A stretch of 64,000 bases of DNA from Dehalococcoidia bacterium. GTDB lineage: Bacteria; Chloroflexota; Dehalococcoidia; Dehalococcoidales; BS750m-G39. Of the stretch, positions 53,666 through 63,324 are shown piece by piece. The stretch spans positions 9,887 through 73,886 of the forward strand of contig JASFHK010000005.1 of assembly GCA_050123275.1 (NCBI GenBank). The letters are read 5' to 3'. Position numbers and translations under genes: made by a program. The notes under the pieces are model-generated. The model did not search any database. It was not told the DNA's origin and worked only from the letters and a program-made list of their open reading frames with translations. The stretch's first letter is position 1, and every line of letters begins with the position of its first letter.

Positions 53666-54871
53666 TCAATGCTGGCTATCCAGCAAGTCCTGCAATTCCT
53701 GCCGGCTGGTCATGCCGGCGACGGCGTTGAGGAACTCCTCGATGGAAGCGCTCCTGGCCCGCAGCTCTTTCAGCTCGGCGCCGATGGGGCTTACCGAGGT
53801 CGGGTCGTCGGCATAGGCCCCGTGGAAGGCGAAGTAGGCCTGGTTCAGCTTCCGGATGTAATAGCCCATCGAGAGCAGGTATTGCCGCTTTTGCTCCATA
53901 AAGGCCTCGGCCTCTTCGATTTCCCCCTCGGCCAGGTAGGCGTCCACGGCCAGCCTTATCTGCCGTATCTCGGCGTTGAAGTCGAAACCGTCTTCGGCGG
54001 GTGGTGCGCCGGCATCGTAGTTGGGGTAGTACTTTTCCAGGACGAGGGCGCCGATTTCGCCGCTGACAATGCCCGCCAGCGTTTCGTTCATGGTGGCGAT
54101 TTCGTAGTTGCGGTCGAGGCCGGTCAGGTCGAGCACGTAGCGGAAGCCCAGCGGTTTGAGCGCCAGGTACTGGTGCAACCACTCCTCGACGGCGGTGTCG
54201 ATGGTGACGGGCAGGCTCCTGTCCTCAAGGACCAGGGTGGGGTAGAGCGCACCGGCGCCGCCCAGCGCCACCACCAGCGAGGAAACGCCCAGCGCGTCGG
54301 CCTCGGCCTCGATGCTCTCCCTTTCCTCCAAAGTCAGGTTGCCGCGCAGGTTTATCTCCCGCATACTCTCGATATGGTCGCGGGGGGAAACGACCAGCAG
54401 GTAGGGCAGCTCGCCCAGGATAAAATTAACCGGCGGGAAGGTGACTTCGATGCTGATGCTTTGGTACCAGGGGTTGTAGATGCCCTGCTCGTTGAGGACA
54501 TCTTTTATCTGTCCGGCCATTATCTCTTCGACGCTGCCCGCCAGTGCGGTGCGTTGCTCATCGAGGTCAGCCAGCTCGGCTTCTAAAGCAGCGGTGTCGC
54601 CCGTCTCGTCGGTGCTAATCCACCACTCCAGCGCTCTCATCTGCTCCACCAGTTCGAAATAGTCCAGCACCGCGGCCGACGGGTCGGCGACATCATCGCC
54701 GCTGAAAAACTGCCGGGTCTCGTAGGCGAGTGCGTTGAACTCCCACTTGACGAAGTTGAAGCGGTAGGGCTTGACGATGTCGTTGAGGCTGTCGTCCAGT
54801 TCCGAGCCGGCGCAGCCGCCCGCGAGCAGGCATACCGCCAGCAGGGTAAAGACAATCGCTTTCAGTTTCAA
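53666..54871 (-). CDS. Hypothetical lipoprotein (401 aa)
   Basis: It has a signal peptide with a lipobox (LLAGGC). The start overlaps the Sir2 stop by 4 nt. I recognise no family. Confidence 0.6.
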   Translation of the reverse strand: MKLKAIVFTLLAVCLLAGGCAGSELDDSLNDIVKPYRFNFVKWEFNALAYETRQFFSGDDVADPSAAVLDYFELVEQMRALEWWISTDETGDTAALEAELADLDEQRTALAGSVEEIMAGQIKDVLNEQGIYNPWYQSISIEVTFPPVNFILGELPYLLVVSPRDHIESMREINLRGNLTLEERESIEAEADALGVSSLVVALGGAGALYPTLVLEDRSLPVTIDTAVEEWLHQYLALKPLGFRYVLDLTGLDRNYEIATMNETLAGIVSGEIGALVLEKYYPNYDAGAPPAEDGFDFNAEIRQIRLAVDAYLAEGEIEEAEAFMEQKRQYLLSMGYYIRKLNQAYFAFHGAYADDPTSVSPIGAELKELRARSASIEEFLNAVAGMTSRQELQDLLDSQH

Positions 54872-55635
54872 CCTAACTTCGCCCTGACCCTTTCCGTTAT
54901 TGCCGAGAGCACCGGCCCCGTCTTTTCGTTGATGACGACATCGGCCCGGGGGTCGTGGGGGGTGGGGGTGAGGTTAATGATGACCAGCCGCGCGCCGCTT
55001 TGCCGGGCGATGAGCGGCATCTGGGCGGCGGGATAGACTACCAGCGACGAGCCCGCGGAGATAAACAGGTCGCAGGCGGCGGAAGCCTCCACGGCCTGTT
55101 GCGTCTCCCTTTCCGGCATGGGCTGGCCGAAGGATATCGTGGCCGGCTTCATGATGCCGCCGCAGCTGTCGCAGCGGGGCACTTTGGTTCCGGCGTCCAG
55201 CCTTTGCTGAATCGGCTGGCGGGGATATTTTTGACCGCACTCAAGGCAGAGCACCCACCTCACCGTGCCGTGCAGCTCGATTACTTTATCATCGGGGAGC
55301 CCGGCGCGCTGGTGGAGGCCGTCTATGTTCTGGGTGATGACGCAATCGAGCTTGCCCATCTTATCAAGCTCGACGACGGCGTGGTGGCCGGGGTTGGGCT
55401 GGGCCTGGGACATCTCCGGCCAGAGCTCCCGCTGGAACTGCCAGTACTTTTCCCGCCCCGCCTCGCTGGCCATGAAGTTCTGGTAGCTCAGCTCGTCGGG
55501 GTCGAAGCGCTCCCAGATGCCGCCGGGGCTGCGGAAATCGGAAAGGCCCGATTCGGTGCTCAGCCCGGCCCCGCTGAAGACGACCACTCTTTTCGCGGCC
55601 ATAATCATGTCGGCGACGGCGTTAATCTCTTCCAT
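54868..55635 (-). CDS. cobB: NAD-dependent protein deacylase, Sir2 family (CobB-like)
   Basis: The ATG at 55635 follows GGAGG. The motifs are [25 protein letters not shown], the zinc-ribbon pairs CLECG ... CDSCGG, and [10 protein letters not shown]. Confidence 0.9.
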   Translation of the reverse strand: MEEINAVADMIMAAKRVVVFSGAGLSTESGLSDFRSPGGIWERFDPDELSYQNFMASEAGREKYWQFQRELWPEMSQAQPNPGHHAVVELDKMGKLDCVITQNIDGLHQRAGLPDDKVIELHGTVRWVLCLECGQKYPRQPIQQRLDAGTKVPRCDSCGGIMKPATISFGQPMPERETQQAVEASAACDLFISAGSSLVVYPAAQMPLIARQSGARLVIINLTPTPHDPRADVVINEKTGPVLSAITERVRAKLG

Positions 55636-55720
55636 TAATAACCTCCCGGGCTGCGCGACGTTAACCTTCAGTGCTATAATAACCCTAATCATACCCCGTT
55701 GTTAAGTTTTTAGATAGCTA

Positions 55721-56440
55721 ATGAAAGACTACTACCAGATTCTGGGCGTGCCCAAGGACGCCAGCCAGGCGGAGATAAAAAAGGCTTTCCGTAAGCTCGC
55801 CTTCCAGCACCACCCCGACCGCAATCCCGGCCACGAGCAAGAAGCCGCCGAGCGTTTCAAGGAGATAAGCGAGGCCTACGGCGTGCTCGGCGACGAGAAC
55901 AAGCGCCGCCAGTACGACCGGGGCGGACCGTTCGCCGGCGCTTACTCACAGGATGACATCTTCCGCCAGACCTTCAACAACCGCGCCACCTACGAGGACC
56001 TGGAGCGGATGTTCGCTCAGGCCGGGCTCCGCTTCGACCGCGATTTTCTCAACAACATGTTTTTCAGCGGTAGGGGCTTCGCCTACCGGACTTACCCCGC
56101 CGATGCCAGCGTTTCCACCTACAAGCCGGGCTGGCTGGAAAGGCAGCTAAACAAGGCGGCGGCGGGTATGAGCCGCTTCGTCCTGAAGCGGCTTTTCGGC
56201 TTAAAAATCGAGCCGCCGGTGGTGCTCGACAAGCACCTGGAGATTGAGATTAAGCGGCGGGAAGCGGATGAGGGCGGCGAAAAGAAGATAAGCTACAAGC
56301 GCAACGGGCGCAAGAAAAAGCTGGCGGTCAAGATTCCGGCGGGCATCAAGTCGGGGACTAAAATCAGGCTGCGGGGCATGGGCGACCAGAAGAACAGGAA
56401 ATCGGGCGACCTCTACCTGCACGTCAAAATCAAGGACTAA
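55721..56440 (+). CDS. J-domain protein (DnaJ-like, lacks the zinc-finger region)
   Basis: [33 protein letters not shown] contains the HPD motif. The protein is 239 aa long with a short DnaJ-C-like tail. Confidence 0.8.
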   Translation: MKDYYQILGVPKDASQAEIKKAFRKLAFQHHPDRNPGHEQEAAERFKEISEAYGVLGDENKRRQYDRGGPFAGAYSQDDIFRQTFNNRATYEDLERMFAQAGLRFDRDFLNNMFFSGRGFAYRTYPADASVSTYKPGWLERQLNKAAAGMSRFVLKRLFGLKIEPPVVLDKHLEIEIKRREADEGGEKKISYKRNGRKKKLAVKIPAGIKSGTKIRLRGMGDQKNRKSGDLYLHVKIKD

Positions 56441-56522
56441 TTTCTCACCCCGAGCGTATTGACAATGGCTACTTTCAATGACACAATAGGTAGTAATTCT
56501 ATATAGACGATAACGATATACC

Positions 56523-56891
56523 ATGCAAAGACAGTACATCGAACAGCTGAAAAAAGGCATCACTGAGACGGCGCTGCTCTACATCATCAGTGAAGTGCAG
56601 ACCTACGGCTATAACATCATCAAAGAACTGGAAAAGCGGACTACCGGCTATCTTCTCCTCAAGGGGGGCACCATCTATCCCGCCCTCCAGCGCCTGGAAA
56701 TCAAGGGGCTGGTGAAGAGCTGGCAACAGCGCAGTAACGAGCGTCGCTCCCGAAGATACTACGAGATAACCGACCAGGGACGGCAGTTCCTGGCCAAGAG
56801 ACTGGTGGAGTGGCGTGAGTTTTCGCTGGCGGTTAGCAACCTCATGGGAATCGGCGATGTCGCCGAAGCCGCCTCCCGCAACACTGCCTGA
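56523..56891 (+). CDS. PadR family transcriptional regulator
   Basis: The winged-helix region is GYNIIKELEKRT...GTIYPALQRLEIKGLV...RRYYEITDQGRQFL. Confidence 0.85.
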   Translation: MQRQYIEQLKKGITETALLYIISEVQTYGYNIIKELEKRTTGYLLLKGGTIYPALQRLEIKGLVKSWQQRSNERRSRRYYEITDQGRQFLAKRLVEWREFSLAVSNLMGIGDVAEAASRNTA

Positions 56892-56940
56892 ATTCACCCG
56901 GACCTGGTATCGCGGCTAAATATTCCTGGAGGTTAGAGCT

Positions 56941-57810
56941 ATGAGGAAGGTTGGCATAGTTGCCGATACGGCGGCTTCCATTCCCCAAGACCTTATCGAG
57001 GAATACGGCATTGGCATGGTGCCCCTGATAACCGTCTCCAACGACAAGACCTACCGCGACGGCATTGACCTGAAAGAGGCAGCGGACCTTTTCGAGCTGG
57101 TCTATAACACGGACAAATTCCCCACCTCCTCCGCGCCGCCCCCGGCCGACTACCTCGAAATATACCGCAAGCTGGCCGAAGAAAAGATAGAAGCTATTCT
57201 ATCCATAACCATATCCTCGGGCTTGAGCGCTTGCTTCGACGCCGCCGGTCAATCCAAGAAGATGGCGGAAAAGGAGCTGCCCGGTGTTGAAATCGAGGTC
57301 TTCGACTCGAGGACGACGGTGGGCGGCTTCGGCATGATAGTGCTGGCGGCAGCCCGCGCCGCCGCCGAGGGTAAAGACCTGTCCCGGGTTATCCAGGCCG
57401 CCCGCGAGGCCAGGGACAAGTTGCACTGCATTATCCTCTTCGACACGCTTTCCTACCTGGCTAAAAGCGGGCGGTTGGGGCGGGGTTCGGCTTTGATGGG
57501 CACGATACTGAGCATAAAACCCATCGCCGAGGTACCCCCCGCGGCGGGAGTGGTGGAACCGGTGACCAGGGTCAGGACGCGTCCCAAGGCGCTGAAACAC
57601 CTTGTGGAGATAGTACGCCGCCGCTCCAGGCCCGGCGATAAAATGCACTTCCTGATAGAACATACCGTTACGGCTAAAGAAGCCGATAAGCTGGCCGCGA
57701 TGCTCGAAGAGGAGTTCGATTGCGCCGAGGTGCTGACCTGCGATACCCAGCCCGTGGCGGCGCTAAAGATAGGCCCCAAGAGCGTGGGCTTGAGCTTCTA
57801 CAGCGATTAG
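56941..57810 (+). CDS. DegV family (fatty-acid-binding) protein
   Basis: The N-terminus VGIVADTAASIPQDLIEEYGIGMVPL and the later FDTLSYLAKSGRLGR and LSIKPI motifs are typical of DegV. Confidence 0.85.
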   Translation: MRKVGIVADTAASIPQDLIEEYGIGMVPLITVSNDKTYRDGIDLKEAADLFELVYNTDKFPTSSAPPPADYLEIYRKLAEEKIEAILSITISSGLSACFDAAGQSKKMAEKELPGVEIEVFDSRTTVGGFGMIVLAAARAAAEGKDLSRVIQAAREARDKLHCIILFDTLSYLAKSGRLGRGSALMGTILSIKPIAEVPPAAGVVEPVTRVRTRPKALKHLVEIVRRRSRPGDKMHFLIEHTVTAKEADKLAAMLEEEFDCAEVLTCDTQPVAALKIGPKSVGLSFYSD

Positions 57811-57840
57811 CGCTGAGGCCACGTCCGCGGAGGTGATGCT

Positions 57841-58668
57841 ATGGCTAAAGTAGGCGTTGTTATCGACAGCGGCGTTAGCCTTCCCGACGAGCTGCTCGAT
57901 GAGTACGGCATCGAAGTGGTGCCGCTGGTTACCGTCTTCGGCGATAAGCTCTACCGCGACCGGCTTGACCTGAAAACCCCCGCAGAGCTTTTCCAGCTCA
58001 TCAAAAAATCGAATACCTTTCCCACCACCTCGGCCCCCTCGCCTACCGACTACCTGGAAAAGTTCAAGCGCCTCAGTCAAAAAGTGGACAGCATTCTTTA
58101 CGTGGCCATGTCCTCCAAACTGAGCGTGAGCTTTAGCTCGGCGACGATGGCCAAGGAAATGGCCGGAAACGAGCTGCCCGATGTTAAAATCGAGGTCTTC
58201 GATTCTATGACCACGGTGGGGGCTGCGGGCAAGAGTCTGGCGCAGGTGGTTAAAACCGCCGAGGCGGTGCGCTCCAAGGTCACCATGATTTTCATCATGG
58301 ACACCCTTTCCTACCTGGCCAAAAGCGGGCGCATCGGCAGGGCACAGGCGCTGATGGGCAACATGCTGAGCATAAAGCCCATCGTCGAGATTCCGCCCTC
58401 AAGCGGGCGCGTGGAGCCGGTGACCAGGGTGAGGACCAAGCCCAAGGCGCTCAAGCAGCTATTGGAGATAGTGGAACAGAGGGTAGGCACGGAGAAACCG
58501 GTGCACATGATGGTGGAACGTACCGCCGTTCCCGGTGAAGCCGCCGAGCTCAAGGAAATGGTCGCCGGGCGTTTCAACTGCGCCGAGGTTCTCCTCTGTG
58601 AATTCAACCCCACCGGGGCGGTTACCATCGGCCCCGGTAATCTGGGCTTGAGCTTCTACTGCGACTAG
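57841..58668 (+). CDS. DegV family protein, tandem paralog
   Basis: It carries the same motif set (VVIDSGVSLPDELLDEYGIEVVPL; MDTLSYLAKSGRIGR; LSIKPI). Confidence 0.85.
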   Translation: MAKVGVVIDSGVSLPDELLDEYGIEVVPLVTVFGDKLYRDRLDLKTPAELFQLIKKSNTFPTTSAPSPTDYLEKFKRLSQKVDSILYVAMSSKLSVSFSSATMAKEMAGNELPDVKIEVFDSMTTVGAAGKSLAQVVKTAEAVRSKVTMIFIMDTLSYLAKSGRIGRAQALMGNMLSIKPIVEIPPSSGRVEPVTRVRTKPKALKQLLEIVEQRVGTEKPVHMMVERTAVPGEAAELKEMVAGRFNCAEVLLCEFNPTGAVTIGPGNLGLSFYCD

Positions 58669-59372
58669 ATTTCGACCTCGTTGTGCTCGGCGTCGAGCAG
58701 TACGTGCTTTACCTCGCCGCCGCAGAACTGCCGCACCAGATTGGCCAGCTCTTCCGTGATGGCACCGGCTTCGCCTCTGGCTACCGGGGGCAGGCAATCG
58801 ACATTAATGGCCACCTCCGTCGTCTCCGGTAGCAGCTTGGTGTGGTCGCCCTGGCGCCAGTTCCAGCGCCGGCACATCACCCGGCTGTTGTCCACATAGA
58901 TAACCTCGCCCGGGGGCGGGTATTCCACCGTGTCCCCGTTGAGTGGAGTGAAAGGCTCGTCGCCCCTGGCGATGGTTAGATGTAAGTCGCCGTCGGCGAG
59001 TTTCAGGTCGTCGCCGCCGCTGGGCACCATGTGCTTCAGTGAGAAATAGTTAAAGAGCGCCACCAGCGTGTTGATGTAGGGCAGCTGGTCGCCGCGCCGC
59101 GCCCGCCGTCCCAGCGACTCGATAGAGCAGTAGAACTTGTTGGGGTTGGTGCCGAAGTCGGTGTAAGCCTGCCGCCAGTTGGCGATGCGGGGGTGGCTCT
59201 TGATTTGCTGCAAGGACTCGTCCTGCGTAGCCTTGGCCACCACCTCGCCCAGCATTTTGATAAGCTCCGGCTTCTCGCCGTGGTTGTCCACCCCGCGGGC
59301 GATAACCACCCCCCGCACGTAGGCGGGGAACTTGGCAAATACATCCGTGGATATGATGTCTTTCACCTGCAA
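58665..59372 (-). CDS. B3/B4 tRNA-binding-domain-like protein (PheT-related stand-alone domain)
   Basis: The size (235 aa) and overall sequence are as I remember for stand-alone B3/4 domain proteins. I checked no diagnostic motif. Confidence 0.45.
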   Translation of the reverse strand: MQVKDIISTDVFAKFPAYVRGVVIARGVDNHGEKPELIKMLGEVVAKATQDESLQQIKSHPRIANWRQAYTDFGTNPNKFYCSIESLGRRARRGDQLPYINTLVALFNYFSLKHMVPSGGDDLKLADGDLHLTIARGDEPFTPLNGDTVEYPPPGEVIYVDNSRVMCRRWNWRQGDHTKLLPETTEVAINVDCLPPVARGEAGAITEELANLVRQFCGGEVKHVLLDAEHNEVEI

Positions 59373-59379
59373 ATACCTC

Positions 59380-60024
59380 CTAAACCCTGGCGGTAGACTT
59401 GGCTAGTTCCCAGGAGTATTCGTAGAGGTGTAAACCCTTGCTCAACGCTAAAATCTCGCCGTCCTCGACGCCGATTTCGCTGGCCATGTATTCCTTGAGC
59501 AGCTGGATGCCGGCCAGGTTCGAGGGAAAGCCCGCCCACAGGTCCCAGGAGCGGAAATAGACGATGAACTTGAGCTTGTTATCGCGGATGCGGGTGTCGA
59601 TGGCCCTCAGGCAAGGCGGGTCTGCCTGCGTGATGGACTCCTTGCCGCCCACGGCCATGAAGGCCTGGTTGGTGTCGTAGCCGTCATTCTTATACATCTC
59701 GATGACTTTGGGTATCTGCTCTTCCAGGTACTGGCCGTAGGTGTACTGCTCGCCCTCGCGGCGGTGGGCGGTCATCAGGTAGGGCAGGTATTCTTCGATG
59801 TAGTCCATCGAGGTCGGCGGGGGAACGCCCTGGGGGGTGGAGGGGACGAGGGGCCGGGTGCCGGGGTTCATAATCTGGACGGCGGCGAAATCCAGCTCCT
59901 TGCGAAACTGACCCTGGTAGCTGCCACGCTCGACCTTGTAGTCATGTCCATCGGTGAGTGTGTGGCGCAGGCAGAGGAACCAGGCTTCGGAAAGGTCCCT
60001 GGCTTCGATTTGCGTGATTTTCAA
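59380..60024 (-). CDS. Thymidylate synthase (ThyA) superfamily protein, short methanogen-type
   Basis: The protein is 214 aa long. The DPPCLRAID segment matches the catalytic-Cys context (PPC). FRSWDLWAGFPSNLAG matches the RS.D...G.P.N motif of ThyA-family enzymes. Confidence 0.65.
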   Translation of the reverse strand: MKITQIEARDLSEAWFLCLRHTLTDGHDYKVERGSYQGQFRKELDFAAVQIMNPGTRPLVPSTPQGVPPPTSMDYIEEYLPYLMTAHRREGEQYTYGQYLEEQIPKVIEMYKNDGYDTNQAFMAVGGKESITQADPPCLRAIDTRIRDNKLKFIVYFRSWDLWAGFPSNLAGIQLLKEYMASEIGVEDGEILALSKGLHLYEYSWELAKSTARV

Positions 60025-60037
60025 GTCGCGTCCTTTC

Positions 60038-60916
60038 TTAAAGCGCCCGGGTGAACTCGGGGCGGAGTCGGGACATATCCTTGCTTTCCAGTACCTCGTT
60101 GATGAGCTTGAGCATGGCTTCTTTCTGCTTGGGCAGCCGCGCCTTGATGGGCAGGTAATTGGAGGCGTGGTTGGCGGTGAAGAAGCAGTCGGTGAACTTA
60201 GCGTTCTCGACGATTATCTTGAGCTCGGCCAGAGACTGGAAGGGAGTGATAATCTTAAAGCGGCCCTCTTCCCAGTCCTTGTGGAGGGGGGTGCCGGGGA
60301 CGAGCATCAGTGTCAGGGCGCCGGCGAAGTCGGGGTCGAGGTCGGTCAGTATTCTGGCGGTGCCCAGGGCATGCTTTTCGGAGCCTTCGGGGCCGCCCAG
60401 CCCCAGCAACACCGTTACCGAGAGGGTAATGCCCGCCTGCTTTATCTTGCGCCCGGCTTCCACAATCTGGGCGTAGGTGGCGCCCTTGTCAATCTTCTTG
60501 AGCAGCTCCTCGTCGCCGGTCTCCACACCCAGGTAGGCGATGGTCAGCCCCAGCTCGTGCAGCTCTTTAAGCTCCTCGACGCTCTTTATCACCCCGGACT
60601 GGGGGCTGGCGTAGGTGCCCACTTTTTTTAGGTTGGGGAACTTTTCTTTGAGGTATTTAAGCACTTTCACCAGCAGCCGCTGGGGGGCGATAAGTGCGTC
60701 GCCGTTCTCTAAAAATATGCGCTCCAGGCTCCAGCCGTAGTTTTTGGCCACGGCGTCGATATCGCGCTGGATGTCCTCGAAGGGCCGGATGCGGAACTTG
60801 ACGTCGGAATAGGTGCCGCAGAAGGTGCAGGTGTTGTGGGAGCAGCCGAAGGTCACCGGCAGCAAAAAGCTGTTGGCCTCGCTGGGTGGCCTGACTCTGA
60901 CCATGTCCTCGACCAT
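60038..60916 (-). CDS. Radical SAM protein with CX4CX2C cluster motif
   Basis: The Fe-S motif is FGCSHNTCTFCG near the N-terminus. A TIM-barrel-like remainder includes LENGDAL and GLGGPEG segments. The start codon abuts the stop of the upstream gene at 60916. Confidence 0.75.
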   Translation of the reverse strand: MVEDMVRVRPPSEANSFLLPVTFGCSHNTCTFCGTYSDVKFRIRPFEDIQRDIDAVAKNYGWSLERIFLENGDALIAPQRLLVKVLKYLKEKFPNLKKVGTYASPQSGVIKSVEELKELHELGLTIAYLGVETGDEELLKKIDKGATYAQIVEAGRKIKQAGITLSVTVLLGLGGPEGSEKHALGTARILTDLDPDFAGALTLMLVPGTPLHKDWEEGRFKIITPFQSLAELKIIVENAKFTDCFFTANHASNYLPIKARLPKQKEAMLKLINEVLESKDMSRLRPEFTRAL

Positions 60917-61611
60917 TAAAATACGCGTCCTTTCTTGAAGATGCCGAAGAAACGGTCTTCGTATTCCTCGAAAAGCCCCCAGCGGTCGAGCTCCTTCTTC
61001 AGCTCGCCGGGCTCCATGTCGCCTTTGTCCACCAGCCGGAAAGATTCCTCGATTCTGACCCTGGCGTCGGCGGGGACGCCGCGAGCGTCCATGTCCAGAA
61101 GCCCCCTGGTTTCCATTTGCATCAGGTTGTCGGGCATCGAGCTTCGCGTCATCTCGTAGATGAACTTCATCAGCGAAACGTCCCAGAGGTCGTCCTGCCC
61201 CTTGATAATGGAAGTCAGCGGGTCGCCGCGCTTGTCGATGTCGCGGTTGAGCTTGTCCACCACCGCCATCAGATTATTGGCGACGATGTTGAGACCCTTG
61301 GGCTCGTTCTTGTAGGTGTAGTAAAGCCCCGGGGCGTGGGAGCCGAAGGCGTGGATGAGGTTTTCCATGTAGTGCCTCGCCTCCGGGCTGAAGCCCTCCA
61401 GGTGGGAGAGGTAGAAGGGGGTGACAATCTTGGGCCTTTCGGCGATGACTCGCCCCTCTCTGATTACCGTCTCGTCGTCGGGCTGGGCCGGCTCGGTGAC
61501 CAGATAGTAATAGATGTTGGTCGTGCCGAAGGTGGCCAGGTTCCGCTTGGGCGGCCTCAGGATTTCGGTGTGCTCGACGGCTTCCTTTATTCTTTCGTCG
61601 TCAATCTTCAT
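60916..61611 (-). CDS. Hypothetical protein (231 aa)
   Basis: It is a clean ORF in a co-directional string. I recognise no family. Confidence 0.5.
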   Translation of the reverse strand: MKIDDERIKEAVEHTEILRPPKRNLATFGTTNIYYYLVTEPAQPDDETVIREGRVIAERPKIVTPFYLSHLEGFSPEARHYMENLIHAFGSHAPGLYYTYKNEPKGLNIVANNLMAVVDKLNRDIDKRGDPLTSIIKGQDDLWDVSLMKFIYEMTRSSMPDNLMQMETRGLLDMDARGVPADARVRIEESFRLVDKGDMEPGELKKELDRWGLFEEYEDRFFGIFKKGRVF

Positions 61612-61615
61612 GGCT

Positions 61616-62224
61616 CTAGTCTATCGCCGCCAGCTCCTGCTTGTATTCGTTCAAGAGGGTCAGGTACTGCGCGTCGAACTGGAGGCGCACCTGCCGCCAC
61701 TCTTCCTGGAACTGGGGCTGGTTTTCGATATCAATATTCAGCTGCGCGTCGGTGCCCATTTGCTTCTTTACCGCCTCGCGCACCCTGGCGCCGAACTCGG
61801 CTTTAAGCTGCTCGTAGGCCTGGCGGCGCTGCGGCTCGCCCTGCTCGGCGTAGTGGTTGAAGATGTTCTGTATTTTGCCGAAGACGTTTTCCACGGCTGC
61901 CTTGTCCTGCTTGATGGCTTTCAGTCCTTCCATCGCCTTCCCGTTTTTCTGGCGGGCGGCTTCAGTCGCGGGCAGGTCAATATTGCGCAGCAGTATCTCG
62001 CTGGCACCTTTTTTGACGTAGGTGGCTGCCTTTGCGTCGTACTTGCCCAGCGCGGTGGACAGGTTGGCGTTCTTGGTCATGTAAGCGGCGGCCAGTTTTT
62101 CCCCCTCGGGGAGGTACTTCCAGCTCAACCGCTCCGCCTCGGTTACCTCGCCCATCGCCGCCACCTTTTCCATGGCGATTTCGCGGGCGCTTTTGATGTG
62201 GTCGCCTTCGTTTTCCAGATTCAT
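61616..62224 (-). CDS. Hypothetical protein (202 aa), helical/charged
   Basis: It is a clean ORF and the first gene of the string. I recognise no family. Confidence 0.5.
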   Translation of the reverse strand: MNLENEGDHIKSAREIAMEKVAAMGEVTEAERLSWKYLPEGEKLAAAYMTKNANLSTALGKYDAKAATYVKKGASEILLRNIDLPATEAARQKNGKAMEGLKAIKQDKAAVENVFGKIQNIFNHYAEQGEPQRRQAYEQLKAEFGARVREAVKKQMGTDAQLNIDIENQPQFQEEWRQVRLQFDAQYLTLLNEYKQELAAID

Positions 62225-62317
62225 AATTCTATTATACTAGATAGGCGCTTCAGGCACAAAGGGTTTAGCTTGTCTTTGGCAGCACAGATGATATAATTTA
62301 ACTGACAGGGAGCCGTG

Positions 62318-62878
62318 ATGGGAAAGTTCGGGGTTTTGGCCTTGTTGCTGACGGCAGCGCTGACCTTACTAGCGGGCGCCTGCGGCGGTAACGGCGGGGA
62401 GACCTTGCCCCCCGCCGGGGTCGAGATGGAATTGACCAGCGCCGCTTTTACCGACGGGGGGACGATACCGGTCGATTATACCTGCGACGGGCAGGACATA
62501 TCCCCGGAGCTTAGCTGGAGCGGCGCGCCCGAGGGGACGCAGTCCTTCGCGCTGATAGTGGACGACCCCGATTCACCAAGCGGCGATTTTACCCACTGGA
62601 TTATCTTTAACATCTCCGCCGACACGTCGACGCTGGTAGAGGCAATTGCCACCGTTCCTCTGTGCGTCCGTCTCTGGCAGGGCGAGAACGACTTTGGTGA
62701 AATCGGTTACAACGGCCCTTGCCCGCCGTCGGGGCAGACGCACCACTATCGCTTTACCATTTATGCGCTCGATACCATGCTGGAGCTGGACATCGGCGCC
62801 ACCAGAGCGCAGCTGCTCGACGCCATGTCGGGTCACCTGCTGGCCCAAGGTGAGCTTATCGCCGTTTACCAGCGTTAG
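62318..62878 (+). CDS. YbhB/YbcL (PEBP/Raf-kinase-inhibitor-like) family lipoprotein
   Basis: I prefer the ATG at 62318, 5 nt after AGGGAG. The lipobox is LLAGAC. The motifs are DDPDSPSGDFTHW and GPCPPSGQTHHYRFTIYALD. Confidence 0.8.
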   Translation: MGKFGVLALLLTAALTLLAGACGGNGGETLPPAGVEMELTSAAFTDGGTIPVDYTCDGQDISPELSWSGAPEGTQSFALIVDDPDSPSGDFTHWIIFNISADTSTLVEAIATVPLCVRLWQGENDFGEIGYNGPCPPSGQTHHYRFTIYALDTMLELDIGATRAQLLDAMSGHLLAQGELIAVYQR

Positions 62879-62897
62879 CCGTGTCTTTAGGATTATC

Positions 62898-63314
62898 ATG
62901 CCCGAAGAGTTCGAAATACTAGACCATACCGCCGACGTCGGCATTATCGCCTACGGCGCCGATTCGAAGGCAGCCTTCGCCAGCGCGGGGAGGGGGCTTT
63001 TCAGCCTGATAACCCGGCTGGACGACATCAACGAGTCGCTCTACCGCGACATCGAGCTTAGCGCCGCCGACGAGGAGAGCCTGCTGGTGGACTGGCTCAA
63101 CGAGCTGGTCTATTACTTCGACACCGAGGGCATTCTCTTCAAGCGTTTCGACATCACCGAGCTGGCCGATAACCACCTCAAGGCCAGGTGTTACGGGGAG
63201 AAGGCGGACGGCTCGAAGCACGAAATAAAGAGGGGCGTCAAGGGCGCTACCTACCACATGCTGTCCATCGAAAAGAGGGACGGCTGCCGGATACAGGTGC
63301 TATTCGACATATAG
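62898..63314 (+). CDS. Archease
   Basis: The ATG is at 62898. The N-terminus MPEEFEILDHTADVGIIAYG and the C-terminal KGATYHML...V.FDI are typical of archease. Confidence 0.85.
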   Translation: MPEEFEILDHTADVGIIAYGADSKAAFASAGRGLFSLITRLDDINESLYRDIELSAADEESLLVDWLNELVYYFDTEGILFKRFDITELADNHLKARCYGEKADGSKHEIKRGVKGATYHMLSIEKRDGCRIQVLFDI

Positions 63315-63324
63315 GAGGCATGAA

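Noticed and set aside
54868-55635. I considered Sir2 as part of an anti-phage defence system (Thoeris/DSR-like).
   Set aside because: It is a short canonical CobB-type sirtuin with an intact NAD pocket and a zinc ribbon. It has no fused or adjacent TIR, HerA or helicase partners.
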